Shown: in pieces, positions 1-13,152 of the stretch | How the letters are laid out: the number at the start of each line of letters is the position of its first letter | Numbering within the stretch: the stretch's first letter is position 1 | DNA from: Negaprion brevirostris | Lineage: Eukaryota | Direction of reading: 5' to 3' | DNA: 64,000 nucleotides | Assembly: GCA_030324005.1 (NCBI GenBank) | Contig: JARDVH010000084.1 | Location: 91,356,867-91,420,866 of the forward strand | Translations under genes and position numbers: made by a program | Notes under the pieces: model-generated | Told to the model about the DNA's origin: nothing | Seen by the model: the letters and a program-made list of their open reading frames with translations, nothing else | Database searches by the model: none

Positions 1-1489
1 CTCCTTTACTCAAAACGGGAAGGAAACAGAAACAGGAAGTTTCAGCCCAGTTAGTCTAACATTTGTCATTTGCAAAGTTTCAGATGTAATATTAAATTGC
101 AGAACAAATCAATAAATTCAAGGCAGTCAGGGAGTGGATTACTTTGACTTGTGCGGTGATAAACAATGTACTGTACTCGGAAGCGATTTTGTTTCATTGA
201 AGCAAACTAATAAAGTGATGGGTATGATTTTTATTTTTTTTAACGTTCTATTAATGTAACTACTCGGTTTCACAAAACGTAAGGCATGTGTTTTTCATGT
301 GTTGTTATGTCTCACATTATATATTGATACACTTAAGTTAATAGGGAAAGTTTTATCTTTACAGTTTATGTAAACAGGAGAATGTTTGATCATCTACTCA
401 TTTATCTTCACTTCCGATTTACATTTCAATTAAATTCAATGCAAAGAAAGGTTAAGAGAACGGCATAAGTGACTATTAAGCTCTGGCTCGCATTTTGCCT
501 TCTCGACAGAAGCAGATCAATATTGGACGACACATGCATGGCGGCCTCTGCGGCAAATGGGAGCCACGGAGTTTTGCCAGGTTTGTCTACTGTCTGTGGC
601 ATGAAACCATTTAGTTACTTGTCTTGAAGTATGTTTCCAATGAACGCCTTTGAATTACTTGGGGAGTTAACTTGTGCTACGCAAGCACAGAAATAGTTCA
701 GATTTTAACTCGGAACTCTTGTTATGCCAGTAGATTACGCAATTGTCGGCGAAGATTTGACCTGCGTAGCTGTGCTGGAACAGGTCTGGCCTCTCTTTAT
801 AGAGAAAGTGACACCACTCTACTGAAAACATATCTGGAAATACATTTCATAGGAATTTGCTTGTATCAATCAAGGCACTCATCCTGTTCACAGAACCAAC
901 CGAAAATTGTAGAAGTTGAGGTAATAAATAGATTTTTACCTTTTTCTTTCTCACGCACAATATCCGCTGCGTGAAAGTAAACGTAAATTAGCGACATTAA
1001 TGGGAACAAGATACATAGAAGCTCCCATTTTCACAGAGAGTTTTCTGCATGACACATTCAAAGAACTGTCTCAGAGGAAACAGCTTGCATTCCTCGTCTT
1101 AGTTGTATGAATTCAGCCTGGTGTCTTAACTCTCTCTTTGAGCATCAGAAGTGATGTAATTTGCAAGATAAATTAACTGACATAGATTTATAGGCTCGGA
1201 TTAATGACCAGATAACACGGCGTAATGGGGGAGAAACAAGTGTAGTCACCTTTGAAGTTTGCTCTTGGGAATAAGGGACAAATGAATTTCTAAATATATT
1301 GTTAGAAGTGAAAAATGTTTTCGAATCCTCATGTAAGAAGTAGCTACAAAGTTGGAAAAATGGAAGCTGCAATCACGCAGCATGATTGCGGGATTATTCA
1401 AGATTTTGACATAAAATTGCTTTGCCAAGAACGGGTGGAAGCATCAAATCATTTCTAAATTGCATTGCAAAAACTAACCTCTGATTCAA

Positions 1490-2840
1490 AAGCCTTCACC
1501 TTGTATCAATTTTTGTAAATAAGACTGATGGATATGGGTATCCTCATCGACTCCAGTGGTGCCTGACGCTTTGTGGGAAATGTGGAATATTCAGATCCTA
1601 TTCCGGCTCCTTCGCACGATACTTTTTTTTTCGTTACGAAGGTGAGTGTATCCCTGCCGCTTCGTGGTCTCGTCTGGACCTGACAAATTTATTTACTTTG
1701 TTTCCAATTTTCATCCCACTCACACCTTTACAGAGTCCATCTCTGATACTTTCGTTCCCTTTCATGACCTTTCTGCCTTTATTTCCGCTGACAGACTGAG
1801 AACGAATATTCATTGCAAGCCTAATTATTCCCACAGTTTCTTAGACGGCCTCTCCTCAGAACCCGTTTCCACTAAGATCTGGATCCCATTGTCCAGTTTT
1901 ATTCCCTTCTGGCGCATATGTTCCGATGATAGTCGTTCCAAAACAACATTTCTGACATGCTGGAGATTTTCCTGAACCAAGCCCCACCCACACCACCCAA
2001 CTACTGTTGACAGAGCTCAATATATCTGACTCATTCTTTGTCCTCATCTATTCAGTTCCCTTCCAAACACATGATATGGCTCCGTTGTCCTCACCTCCCC
2101 TTTTATCATACTTACCTGTGAATTGAAAGGATCGTCCTCTGCCATTCTCACCAACTGCAAATTTTTTCCACTGCCATCCTCACCAACTGCAATTTTCTTT
2201 CACCGCCAAACAAATCTTGCCATCATTCCCAGTCAGCATTGCACCAGAACCATTCCCTCCATCAACAATTTTTTTCCCATGCCGACTTTCTATGTAATTA
2301 AAGAAGGAGAAACAACTGCCTCTTATCTTCTCTCTCCTCGGTGTCCATGGGAGCAACCACTCCTTAAGGATAAAGCAACATTTCACTTGTAGCGTCTTAA
2401 CTCTAGTCTACTGCATTCGCTGCCTCCAACGCAGCCTCCTCTACATTACTAAGTGCTTATGGAATATTAAAACTCGGTCCGCTTGCATGGCCGCAAACTT
2501 CCTGTTGCTTGCTATTTAAACGCACCATCTTGTTTCGTTTCCAATATACCCTTGCTTGACGTAGTGCAATGTTCAAATGAACATAAATGGAGGAACGCTT
2601 AAACATCTGACTCGGCACTGTACAGCCTTCTGGGCTCCCCATTGAGTTATGCGACTTCAATCATGAGTTCTGTATTCCATCTTGGCCTCCTTTGGGCATC
2701 TAAGACTTAATTTGAAGTTTTGCTTAATCCATTCAGCTATCTTACCTTTATGCCTGATTCAGCACCTTCTTTAATCTGCAACACTTTCAGGAATTCGTCG
2801 TTTGCGTTTCGTCCATAATATATTTGTCCAATCTCTTGGA
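1490..2840 (+). mobile_element. Penelope-like retroelement, family B (degenerate RT C-terminal half + GIY-YIG)
   Basis: ORF 1646-1975 FVSNFHPTHTFTESISDTFVPFHDL..IHCKPNYSHSFLD..RICSDD is PLE RT/thumb-like; ~2380-2450 HFTC..LVYCIRC..LLYI is GIY-YIG-like. Confidence 0.85.
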
Positions 2841-2844
2841 GTCA

Positions 2845-3455
2845 GAGAATTGTACAACACAAAAGTAAGGTGTTTGGTGCATTGTGTCTGGGCTGACCAT
2901 CCGCACCTATCTATTGGAATCCTATTTTCCAGTACCTACTTCGTAGGTTTGAATACTGTGGCGTTGGAAGTGCTCGTTAAAGTTCTTCTTAAAGGTTGCG
3001 GGGTTCCAAATTTCATTGTCTTTTCTTCCAGGGCTTCCCAGATTCTCAACCAGCTCTAAATGAAAAATACTTTCCTCAAATTCCCTCTAAAGCTCCAGAT
3101 CATTACTTTAAATAAATGCTTTTTGTTATTAACCCTCTATTAAGAGGAAAATTTCCTTCCTATCTTCCCTACCGATATCCCTCATAATCTTGTACACCTC
3201 GAGCATCTCCCTTTTACTCTTCATTGCTCTCAAGAAAACAACTACAGCCTAGCCAGCCCCCTTCTTTATAGCTCAAATGCTTCAGCTCAGAATTTCCTCT
3301 GCGTCCTCTTTCGTGAAATCGGATCTTTCCTATGATATGGCGACCAGAACCACAGGTAATAATCTAGCTGTGACCTCAGGAACGTTTTCTACAATTCCAT
3401 CATAATTTCCCCGCTCTTATAGTATATTATTCGATTAATAAGGGCAAGTATCACG
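2845..3455 (-). mobile_element. CR1 LINE 3' fragment
   Basis: Resembles the reverse complement of the CR1 ORF2 end and 3' UTR seen in better-preserved copies at 42190 and 56362. Confidence 0.75.
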
Positions 3456-4393
3456 CAATCTCGTCCGTTGTCTCAAACAACAGTAGAGGATATAACTTAC
3501 CAGGGCCAGGGGATTTATCAACTTTTAAGTAAAACAATGGTATGGGATTCAACTCAGATTGCTTCGGGGAAATAACGTGCTGTTTAATTCTAAGTCAAAC
3601 GAGAAGGTATTCTAAATTAATTGCCTCACCAGCATGATGTAGTTGTTCGAGCAGCTTTTCTATTTCTAGCAACAGAGAGTGACAGGAAGTCAGTTTGTTT
3701 TAGTCACGAACTGAGCACATTATGGCATCGCAATTGAAAGTTATCGATAAAATGAAACACACTGGTTGTTAATTGATTGTCGGCAGATGTGCAAAGTGAG
3801 GGTTGTCAATTTTTTGCAACAGCGAATGAAATCCGACGGACGGGAACGTTGTGGTCAACTTGCTCTTGACGGTTTGTGTGTCCACTGACGCGAAATTGAT
3901 ACTCAATCATGTTGACTGTTTGGAGTATCGATATACTGTGGGGTCATTCAAGATTAAAACATCTTGCCGAGGCACCGCCTTCATGGATACCGATTGATAT
4001 TCATCCCACAGATTTCATAGAATTCAAACGTTTCATTTAAGTTAAAATTTAATTTTATGGTCACTGCAACTGGACTGAAGATAATCCCGAATGTGGTAAC
4101 ATTAGATTAACATTGGGGGTTCTGATGAAAACATATAATACGTGGTCATGCTCGATTTTGCGTCCAATTGATGTTAGTAGTGGAAAGTTCTGCCGTGGCA
4201 TTCAGCGGCCAACTCGATCACAAACATTAAACTTTGTTCTACAGGTACTTTGTTTGATTGGCCAGTTTAACGTCTTGACTTTCACTTAGCCACTTACTTC
4301 AATTCAAAGTTGCGGGGAGTCGGAGCCGACCCCGACGGGAATTAGGCAACAGGAAGGATAAACCCAGGACAGTAGGCCAGTCAATCACGGGGC

Positions 4394-4460
4394 ACACACG
4401 CACACACACACACACACTCTGTCTCTCTCTCTCTGTATCTCTCTCTCTTTCTCACACACA
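4394..4460. repeat. (CA)n/(CT)n microsatellite next to a degraded minus-strand SINE
   Basis: cacacacgcacacacaca..ctctgtctctctctc; SINE-like sequence at 4460-4595. Confidence 0.9.
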
Positions 4461-4784
4461 AACATCTTTGGACGCAAAGGGACAATATAGCGTGGTCAAT
4501 CCACCTAACGTTTATATCTTTGAGCTGTAGGAAGAAACCAAAGGATCCAGCGAAAATCATATATGGGAAGAGCGTCGAAACTCCACACGAACAAGATTAA
4601 CATGTGACTCATATTTCATCTGTCAAATCCGCCACGTTTCAACATGCAGAAAAACTGGCAATAAATTATCAACCACAAAGTACCCGAAATTCCCAAGGAT
4701 CAGATGGAATTTGAAAAAAAAACAAGCTAACGAAGGCCTCGATCTTTCTGACGCCGAACTGTTCGTAAACATTGCTGGCAATAC

Positions 4785-4897
4785 TGAGCAGCGCTCCAAA
4801 AGCTCATGATAACAAATAAGGCTGTTGACTTTAATCTGGGGCTGTGAGACTTCTTAGTGTGCCCACTCTAGTCCAACGCCAGCATCTCCACATCATC
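4785..4897 (+). mobile_element. Penelope family A 3' tail, starting inside the hammerhead motif
   Basis: gagcagcgctccaaaagct..ccactctagtccaacgccagcatctccacatcat matches tails at 20505-20616 and 26198-26317. Confidence 0.85.
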
Positions 4898-5324
4898 GCA
4901 GTATTGATCACGGGAACGGCAAATTGCCGGCCAATTTTACCGGCGCAACCAGAAATTAGACGTTACCGGAATTTTCATGTTGAGACGTGCTGACGTGGCA
5001 GACACCCAACACGTTTCGTAGAAAAAGTGAAGACTGATCCAGTTCAGTAAAAGTAAATTTAGAATTGCTGTCAAGCCCCCTTTCCGGCATTGAAAGCTAA
5101 CATTATTATCAGAGTTGAATTTCCTTCCTTCAGATTTTAATAGTTGTAGAAAATGAAAAAAATGTGCAAAGTATTTCATGTTTTTGACTTTTACTTTCTT
5201 CTTTGGTCATGTCTCTCCCTTGTTTCCTCCTCGATATTATTCATACTGTACATAACTTGCTATTGATTTGAACATTTTAAATTAGTTAACTCAATAACAA
5301 TTGTTCAATCTGGTTAATTCAGGA

Positions 5325-6070
5325 GATTTAGGCCAGGATATTTCTAATGCTGGGTTTCACTTCCCGCCTTTCGAAGAGACAGCGGGGAACACATCTCACC
5401 CATTCTGCCTGCCTGCCTACAAGTCATTTTAGTCTCGAATGGGCGTCGTCAAGCTGCAGAAGGTACTTCCGCCCTTCGCTTGGGGACTAGTCGCCGTCTT
5501 GGCCAACAGCTCTCCAATCTGAGTGCAGTCCTGGAACTGAACAGAAAGGTGAAGAATGGTGGCGGTGGATATGGGCGATTGGAGGAGAGGATTGGGGTGG
5601 ATAGAGGGAGGCTGAGCTGACACAGGACCTCAAGGGAGGTGGGGGTGGAAGACAAAGGGTGCTGGAAATTTTAGGGCGTCTTATCACGGACGCACCGACC
5701 TCACCCCCTTCACGCTAGAGGCCAAGGCCCGATTATTTTCCATGCCGACACTTGAGCAACCCTCCCGCTAGCCGCGAAACTGCCATTGGACTGGAAAGGG
5801 CCTTCAAGTGGCCAATAATTAACTGCATAAGGCCTGCATTTTGGCAAAGGCAAAGGTGTGCCTGTGCAACCGCATAATCGTTGCCGGATGTGCGTGACCT
5901 GGAACCCGCTTCTCAAGGGAAGTCCGTTTATTCTATTTCATACTCCTGTCCTCTCTGTTCGCCTAAAAACGCACCAGCGGGCGAGGGTGAGCTCCTTGCC
6001 CATTTTACACTGGCTCACCTACCTGCAAATGGCGCTGTACTGAATCTAGTACTTAGACAATGGAAATCCC
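5325..6070. mobile_element. GC-rich interspersed element of uncertain class inserted in copy 1
   Basis: Abrupt GC-rich island with a G-rich core that interrupts HRM/GAIN colinearity; a related fragment may lie at 8020-8400. Confidence 0.45.
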
Positions 6071-7904
6071 ACTGCAAATGCAGTGATTAAATTTGCGGGA
6101 TAGTGTTAGTTTATTCGCTGACCTGTTTTGATCATTCACCATTGATGAAGACGCGAGTCCTAACAAGTAAATAAAGCCTTGCTTCCATATAATATGACGT
6201 CTAATTTAAGTCGTGCGACAGCAGAAACCTGCAATTGCCCAATTATCGCATAATATAATTTATTGGATGCACGGAAGGACAAAAAGTTAGATTGCTACAA
6301 AAGTTAAAATTACGCTGAAAAGATACTGGTTATAACGCTCATTGTTTTATTTGGACTTACCACGCTACAACTTGTATTACCTGATTCCGTATCCCAGTTA
6401 CAAGTTAACCTGACTCAAACTCAAATATGCCACCTGAACAATGAGCGGTTGAGTTACCTGTATGTCAACATTTGCAAGAAATGGTCAAGTTCAACGCATG
6501 TGACGAGTAAAGGATGCGTTGATGTTTGACAAGTAAGTCAAAAAGAAATTGATGTGCAAAATATAAGGAATTACAATGTAATGCTCACTTGTATCTCTCT
6601 CACTTACCGATATCTTTTAAAAGCAGTTGTCTCACTGAAATACAAGTCGTCAAATCAATTTTGAATTCGACAAATAAAGCAGAATATAAATATACGATCG
6701 AATATTTATAGAATGGGCATCCAGGTTGCAATTACAATTACAAAACACGTTATATCCTTAATTCTGATTGATTAGTTTGGAAAGTAGTTTTCAATTAAAT
6801 TGACGCCGGTTAATTGCCCAGTTGTATACTAGTTACAAGAAGATCTTGTCATGATATCACCAAGGAATGCTTTATTACAATTCATTAAATGTCAACATGT
6901 AACCTCTCATTCCCATGGAGCATATTTTCCTCTTTAGTGATCTAGTGTAAAACAGGCGGAGAGTGGGCAGGTGGTGGTGGTGTGGGCATGGAGGGTGAAC
7001 TGGTTGAGGGNNNNNNNNNNGTATAATTTCAATTTGACAGTGTAAATGTTCAGATATTTTTGCCCCGCAGTTATAATAAAGGAAGAAAATGATTCCCAAG
7101 CAAGGATGGGAGGAAACTTCCCTTACATTTGGTGGAGGGATGAAGGATGTGGAAGAGTATTTCATTTGATGCGTTACTTTTGATCTGAGTTGTGCAGTGT
7201 TATCACGTTCTAATAATTCTGAAGTTTGAACTGTGTCCCGAATCGAGTCATGTGTCACAGAAAAGGAATGATCTGTCTATCGACGTTCAAATGTCTGCAT
7301 CTGAATGCCATCAGATTTATAACTGTCATTATCAAAATAAACTTGCAATCACATGTGGACACTATTGATCTGCATAGAGCAGGCGGCCAGGGAATGAACC
7401 TCTCGATATTCCTATCTTCAAATATGTGGGGAAGCACTGCTCAAGCTTTTCACCTCCAGTGTGTCTGCAGTCGCACTGAAAGGTTTCTCGTAACTCTGAG
7501 GACATCAGACTTCTAATCCTGACGATTAATACTTGCAGTGCAACTACTTTAAGATGAGTAAGCGATTGAGTATATTAGTCCTTAAATGAATTAAAATGCT
7601 GTGNNNNNNNNNNTGTGGGCCGAACGGTCATCCATGTCATTGCATAGTCTCCTCTGTGGCCAAAGTATTTCAACTCTACCCAGCCTCATCCAAAAAGCAG
7701 GAGCGGATGTTGGGGATGATCGGTAAAATTTGACACTGCATGTCACTACGTACTGCAGGCTTGAAGAAGTTTCTTGCATTCTGGGATTTGAACAAACAGG
7801 ACAGTAAATATTTACTAATAAACACTTCAATAGCGGTGGGCGAAACAGATGACAGTACAAAATGTGCAATATTTGTGATTGGCTAGGATACTTAACAATT
7901 CTGA

Positions 7905-8010
7905 AAAACATAAAATAAAAATTACACATGCTGAACATGCTCAACTGACCAGGAAGTTCCTGTGGAGAGAAGAACAGAGTTGAAGTTTCAGATCCGTAGT
8001 CTGACCTGAA
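7905..8010 (-). mobile_element. Penelope family B 3' tail
   Basis: Reverse complement reads gaaacttcaactctgttcttctctccacag..cagcatgtgtaattttt, like the tail at 49610-49715. Confidence 0.6.
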
Positions 8011-10477
8011 ACTTTGCATATAATTTAATGCTGGCTGTGGAGCCGGGAAGAAAGGCTGGGTGGGGCATATACTGGATCTGGAAATTGTGGCATGGCCACT
8101 CCTGTTGCGGTGTCGATTCCTATCAGTGAATTTGAGGCAGGAAGCGAATGGTTTTCTTGCCGGGATGTCAATGCAAACCCTTAATTAGATACTTGAGAGC
8201 CTCTTGAGTCATCACCGATATTCAACCAGGAGAGAGTAAGCTTCATTGTCAGGTGAGGTAACTTGCGACCTTCTGATCCTAGGGATATTCCATTGTTTTC
8301 CGGCAGAATAGAACTAAGTACGTCTCCGGCTGGGTTAGCGTGTTATTATGTGCACAGAATTAACTAAGCTGCCTTCAGATGGGTGGGAAAAGATCTTACA
8401 TTTGTTGTTAGCTTAAATCTTTTCTTAAATATTTGATGGTTACATGCATGTGCCAGTAAACACTCTTGTTTTTACCAATTACATCGACCCATTTCGGGAT
8501 GTTTACTGAAATACTCTGTCGAAGTTGCTCAAAAACAACGGGTGGTGCATGCAGAAGATTAAATGGGTAACTTTAAGAGTCGTCGTTTGACATTCAATTC
8601 TGAATGTTACATACGAACTAGAAGCAAAAGTAGGAAATTCAGCCCCTCGAAACTGCTGGATAAAAAAGTAAAGGTTCTGTTAAACCAGGTTTTACTTCAA
8701 AAATGTAAAATTACTGTTTTGTTCTAAAAAAAGCTTCATTTAAATTTTCATGAAAATAATGTAAAACATTTCCTGTAGCATCATTAAATTATATGCGTGT
8801 TAACGATACAGAGAAAATTTTCTCCATAAAAATCCACAATAACATGGAATCTGCTGTCGCCATAACACCACCTGACATCACCCCGAGAAGACCATCATAC
8901 CTCTTAACAACAGTGGCAAAATATAGTAGTTTCCGATGAATAGTGGCATAAAGTGTGGCAGCAGATTCGAAATAAGTTTTCATTTTCAAACATCGAGTTA
9001 GCTTTTCCCCTTAAGGCTTGCATTCGGCGAAGGCAATATGCCAATATGATGAGCAATTCGACCAATCCTTTCCCTTAAAATGTACTCCCAGTCCACTTTC
9101 GCCATAGATGGCATTTTCTCATTTACACCTTTCTATTGGCTCCCTCTATCACTCAATATCAACAGAGTCTTTCCAATAGTTGCAAGGACAGACAGTAGAC
9201 CACGATAGATTTTATTTTACCTGAGTATAATTCCTCTGTGGTGGCTGTGAAAAGATAGAGAACACAAAATGAAGCTTCATAATACGTTGCTAACGGATAC
9301 AGGGCTTTTTTCACGAATATAGAAATATCTCCGTGAATTCCTCGCAAACTGATGTAAGATCCTATTATGTTAAACACATATGAGACAGTACAACCCGGTC
9401 AATGAAGAAAAATTTGATTTTCTTGTAGGGTTAAATAACAAGCTATTGATGCAAATTGAACATGCATACTGATAGCGCGAATGTGTAACAATGACCATGT
9501 TGCATTTAAAAAAAAACTTATGTTCATCAGAGCAGTGTAACATATGCGCCAGACGATATACGAACTGCTCAAGTGTCTTGTTCTTGTTTAAATCGGAGGA
9601 ATCGTCTGTGTAAGCAAGACATTAATCCAACCAATACAAATTACAAGGCGAAGTTACTAACGATACACCAAATGAAAAGTTGAGTTGATAAATTAGAAAA
9701 ATTGGATTGTCATTCGAATTAATAGACACAGTCTCATAAGTCCCAGGTAAGTAAGATATCATTGTGGTGACAATGAGTCGTCAGATTGGCTGCTTATTAC
9801 ATCGACCTACTGAGCAATAGGGATCAAAATAATGTTTGAGGTTTTTTTTCTGTCACGCTTGAACAGTGGGTCCACGTGACAAACAATGCTGGAAACTGGG
9901 TTGGTGAAATAAACACTTGGGCTGGAGAATTCCAGAGATTTCACTGTACCTACGGCCTTGGAGACGGTGTGAAAACTTGGAACGAATTAATTCGTGTCCA
10001 CGAATTAGCATACCTGGTCGAACACCAACATGCCACTGTAACCTTTTCGTCGAACCTCTCAAATTATCTGGTTTAACACTCATTCCAAATGAAATCTGGA
10101 ATTTTAGTGCGTGGATCGAATACGATTCAGACATACAATAGTTTGCCAAAGAGTCTTTCCGTTAAATATAGAACAGTGCAATCTCTGCATTACCTAGGAA
10201 TTTCCCTTTTGGTCCTGGAATATAGAATAAATGTAAAAATGTAAAATGTAAAAATGAGAACGTTACGTGTAGCATCTGGACACACATTATCGTCATGTTT
10301 CTTGAACGNNNNNNNNNNNNNNNNNNNNNNNNNNNNNNNNNNNNNNNNNNNNNNNNNNNNNNNNNNNNNNNNNNNNNNNNNNNNNNNNNNNNNNNNNNNN
10401 NNNNNNNNNNNNNNNNNNNNNNNNNNNNNNNNNNNNNNNNNNNNNNNNNNNNNNNNNNNNNNNNNNNNNNNNNNNNN

Positions 10478-10650
10478 GTGAGAACGGGAGAAGGAAAGAA
10501 AGAAAGACAGAAAGAATGACAGAAAGGAAGGAAGACAGAAAGAAAGGCAGACAGAAAGAAAGAAAGTCAGAAAGAAAGAGAGACAGAAAGAAAGAAAGAA
10601 AGAAAGTCAGAAAGAAAGAAAGACAGAAATAAATAAAGAGAGAAAGAAAG
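10478..10650. repeat. (GAAA)n-rich microsatellite between assembly gaps
   Basis: agaaagaaagaaag variants flanked by N runs. Confidence 0.95.
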
Positions 10651-12639
10651 NNNNNNNNNNNNNNNNNNNNNNNNNNNNNNNNNNNNNNNNNNNNNNNNNN
10701 NNNNNNNNNNNNNNNNNNNNNNNNNNNNNNNNNNNNNNNNNNNNNNNNNNNNNNNNNNNNNNNNNNNNNNNNNNNNNNNNNNNNNNNNNNNNNNNNNNNN
10801 NNNNNNNNNNNNNNNNNNNNNNNNNNNNNNNNNNNNNNNNNNNNNNNNNNNNNNNNNNNNNNNNNNNNNNNNNNNNNNNNNNNNNNNNNNNNNNNNNNNN
10901 NNNNNNNNNNNNNNNNNNNNNNNNNNNNNNNNNNNNNNNNNNNNNNNNNNNNNNNNNNNNNNNNNNNNNNNNNNNNNNNNNNNNNNNNNNNNNNNNNNNN
11001 NNNNNNNNNNNNNNNNNNNNNNNNNNNNNNNNNNNNNNNNNNNNNNNNNNNNNNNNNNNNNNNNNNNNNNNNNNNNNNNNAGTGACATGTATCCATTTTG
11101 CTTTGTGCATATTTCCATTGACTTCTCATTGGTGGCATATTGATGCACCACTTCGATTGTTCCATATTAACACATACTTCCTGATTTTGGTAGTCATACT
11201 TGTGAGTGGGCAAAGAGAGACCTCAACATGCAATAAGTGAAGATCTTTAGATCTGTAAGTCTAAGAAAGAACGTGCACTCTTGAGAGATTAAGCATATTT
11301 TTGGCATCAATGACGTTTAGCACAGCAGTTACAACCCTGATAAAGATACCAACTATACGAGGAAATATTTTCACCTGGAGTTTGACTCTTGAAATCATTA
11401 CTGCAACCCGGCGTATTATTTTGCAAATAAGTAAAGAAGATCAAAAATATTAACATGATACATGAGCAAAAATAGGAAGAATTGTGCACAAATAAACGAC
11501 CAACGCAAGCAACACGTATCTTGGAATGATTTTATCAACCTTTGGCAGAACCTTTTCCTCGTAGTGCATGGATTTCTGTATATATAAAAAAATCAGTATC
11601 AGAAAGTCAACACTTCATTTTGAGTTGTTCCTTTTTGACATTTGTGTCAGTGATTTGTCGTTGCCCAAACAATGTAAATCGCCCCCTGTGATTGGGAAAT
11701 ATGCACCAAGATTTGCATTCTAAAGTCTACCTTAATAATTAACACGCTCTGCAAGACAAAGAGCAGTTGCAGCTTGAGCAATTATGTTTCAGAACAATTT
11801 TAAAGTATTCATTTGTTACGAATCACACAATATATAGTTAAGCTTATAAAAGGTAAGCAATGCGATGTTACCTCTTTTGCTTGACAAACCACCACTTCAC
11901 TTCCCGCCATTCCATTCACCAGCACTCCTCATTCCCTCACGCGCTTTCTAATATGCATTAGTAATTTGTATATGGAACATGAGTTAAATTTGTCAATTTT
12001 CTGAAGACATAAATCAGGAAGAATCACAAAATCGAACCGTGCAGTGCACAATTTTCAGATGGATGGCCGTTAACAGGTTCAAAAAATGTTGAATAAAGCG
12101 CAGTATATAAAAGTAATTTGCGAGAGCAAGCATTTTAAATTCATTTAACTATAACACTTTTATCAAAACATAAGGCCACAGAACAGCGGTACTGATGATT
12201 GCCCTGTATGCTCTACCGTTGACAACTTTTCAGGTACTGAAGCAGCCCGTGTTCACATGTAGCAAGACTTGGGCAATATTTCAGTTTCGACAAGTGATTG
12301 GTAAGTAAATCATACGCCACGGAAATGAACGGATTTATCTGCATTACGGTAGAAGAACGCAGCCCCATTAAATAGCCAACGGTATTACCATTGTTGGCTG
12401 AACTAATGTCAGCGTTTTGAGTGGAACCTAGCTGAACCATCGATATAAATACTGCGTTTATAAAAACATGTTCAGATGTTTGGAATTGTCAGACGAGTAA
12501 CTGAATGTTAAATTTCTCCACCCATCTCTAATGCACAAATCAGGATTATAATCGTATACTATGCACCTATTTGAGAGAGTTCCACTTCAACAGCGTTCAA
12601 AACGTCGACCTCAGCAGAAAAAGCAGACCACATGATCAG

Positions 12640-13012
12640 CTAAGCAACCCTCTCTGCCGTCAGCGCATTGATTAACAGTGTGCATAATGTACAAGATACG
12701 CTGCCCCAGTCTCCCACGGCAGGGCAATGCAATCCTTCTACTTTCTTTGTCTCGGGCACGAGAAGAATGGGAACTCGACTAGTTTCCCTCTAAATCACAT
12801 CTTATCCTGGCTTGGAAATATATCAACTTCCCTTCACCGTTACTGATCAACATACTGGAATTCCTTACCTCACTGCGCTGAACCATCAGTTGCACTACAG
12901 GAACTTCAACTTCTCAGGAAAGAGGTCCATTTCACATTCTTAATATCAGTGAATGGACGATAAATATTGAGCTTTGAGCGATGCTCACAATCCATGTCTG
13001 AATGAAAAAAAT
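12640..13012 (+). mobile_element. CR1/L2-group LINE 3' end (second tail family)
   Basis: cacatcttatcctggcttggaaatatatc..ctggaattcc..gaatgaaaaaaa; same family as minus-strand pieces at 46540, 60640 and 63655. Confidence 0.7.
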
Positions 13013-13152
13013 ACGTTTATATGGATTCGGTGAGCTTGGGAAGAACTTACAAAGTGGAAAACATTGATGCAAAATTAATTAGAGGAGCAATATTTGTCTT
13101 AAAAAGTGGCACGAGAGGGGTATGCTGCTTTTACTCAGAAAATTATGATATT

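Larger units (their letters stand above)
3660..6950 (-). pseudogene. ADGRA3-like: ADGRA2/3-like adhesion GPCR pseudogene, copy 1 (LRR, LRRCT, Ig, GAIN, TM1, TM4-7; tail may continue at ~400-1480)
   Basis: Minus-strand motifs in domain order: QLTGVNLIENYFPN*S (~6819-6770; cf. NLVRLNLSGNLFSSLS), CNCNL (~6740; CDCNI), LDVILYGSKA (~6205; VDIVVLESSA), DNNVSFQC (5110-5087; DKQLSFKC), VLCG**FIASF (~4685; LLCLLAVIVSY), PLNATAELSTTNI (~4205; PIIVCGITAAANI), TFGIIFSPVAVTIKLN (~4095; SLGAFYGPASFITFVN). Many stops, frameshifts and TE insertions. Confidence 0.75.
7620..12440 (-). pseudogene. ADGRA3-like: ADGRA2/3-like adhesion GPCR pseudogene, copy 2 (LRR to TM7; part of Ig/HRM hidden in N gaps)
   Basis: DLLTNHLSKLK (~12312; ILSNNKISELK), VFRKLTNLTHV (~12010; IFRGLTNLVRL), SFQDTCCLRW (~11530; TFDYLASLRS), YFCSC (LRRCT), *GLSLP (~11225; EGDSLP), ILQPKCLF (~9930; IQLPPSLF), LYCL..IIGSYI (~9393, TM1), RKLLYF...GVMATAD (~8935, TM4), HENLNEAFF (~8752; WEPSLGAFY), SQIL (~7880; SQLL), RVEI (~7677; REDV). 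Confidence 0.85.

Noticed and set aside
7895-7930. Apparent minus-strand splice acceptor (tttttcag) before ORF 7591-8019
   Set aside because: The T-rich tract is the tail of a Penelope fragment, not evidence of an intron.
9850-10076. Plus-strand TLEQWVHV..W, pentraxin/LamG-like
   Set aside because: The opposite strand fits the GAIN domain of copy 2 in the correct order; the resemblance is chance.
10254-11213. Long ORFs at 10.2-11.2 kb (likewise 25.6-26.2, 44.0-44.5 and 51.6-52.7 kb)
   Set aside because: Their length comes from reading through N gaps and microsatellites.
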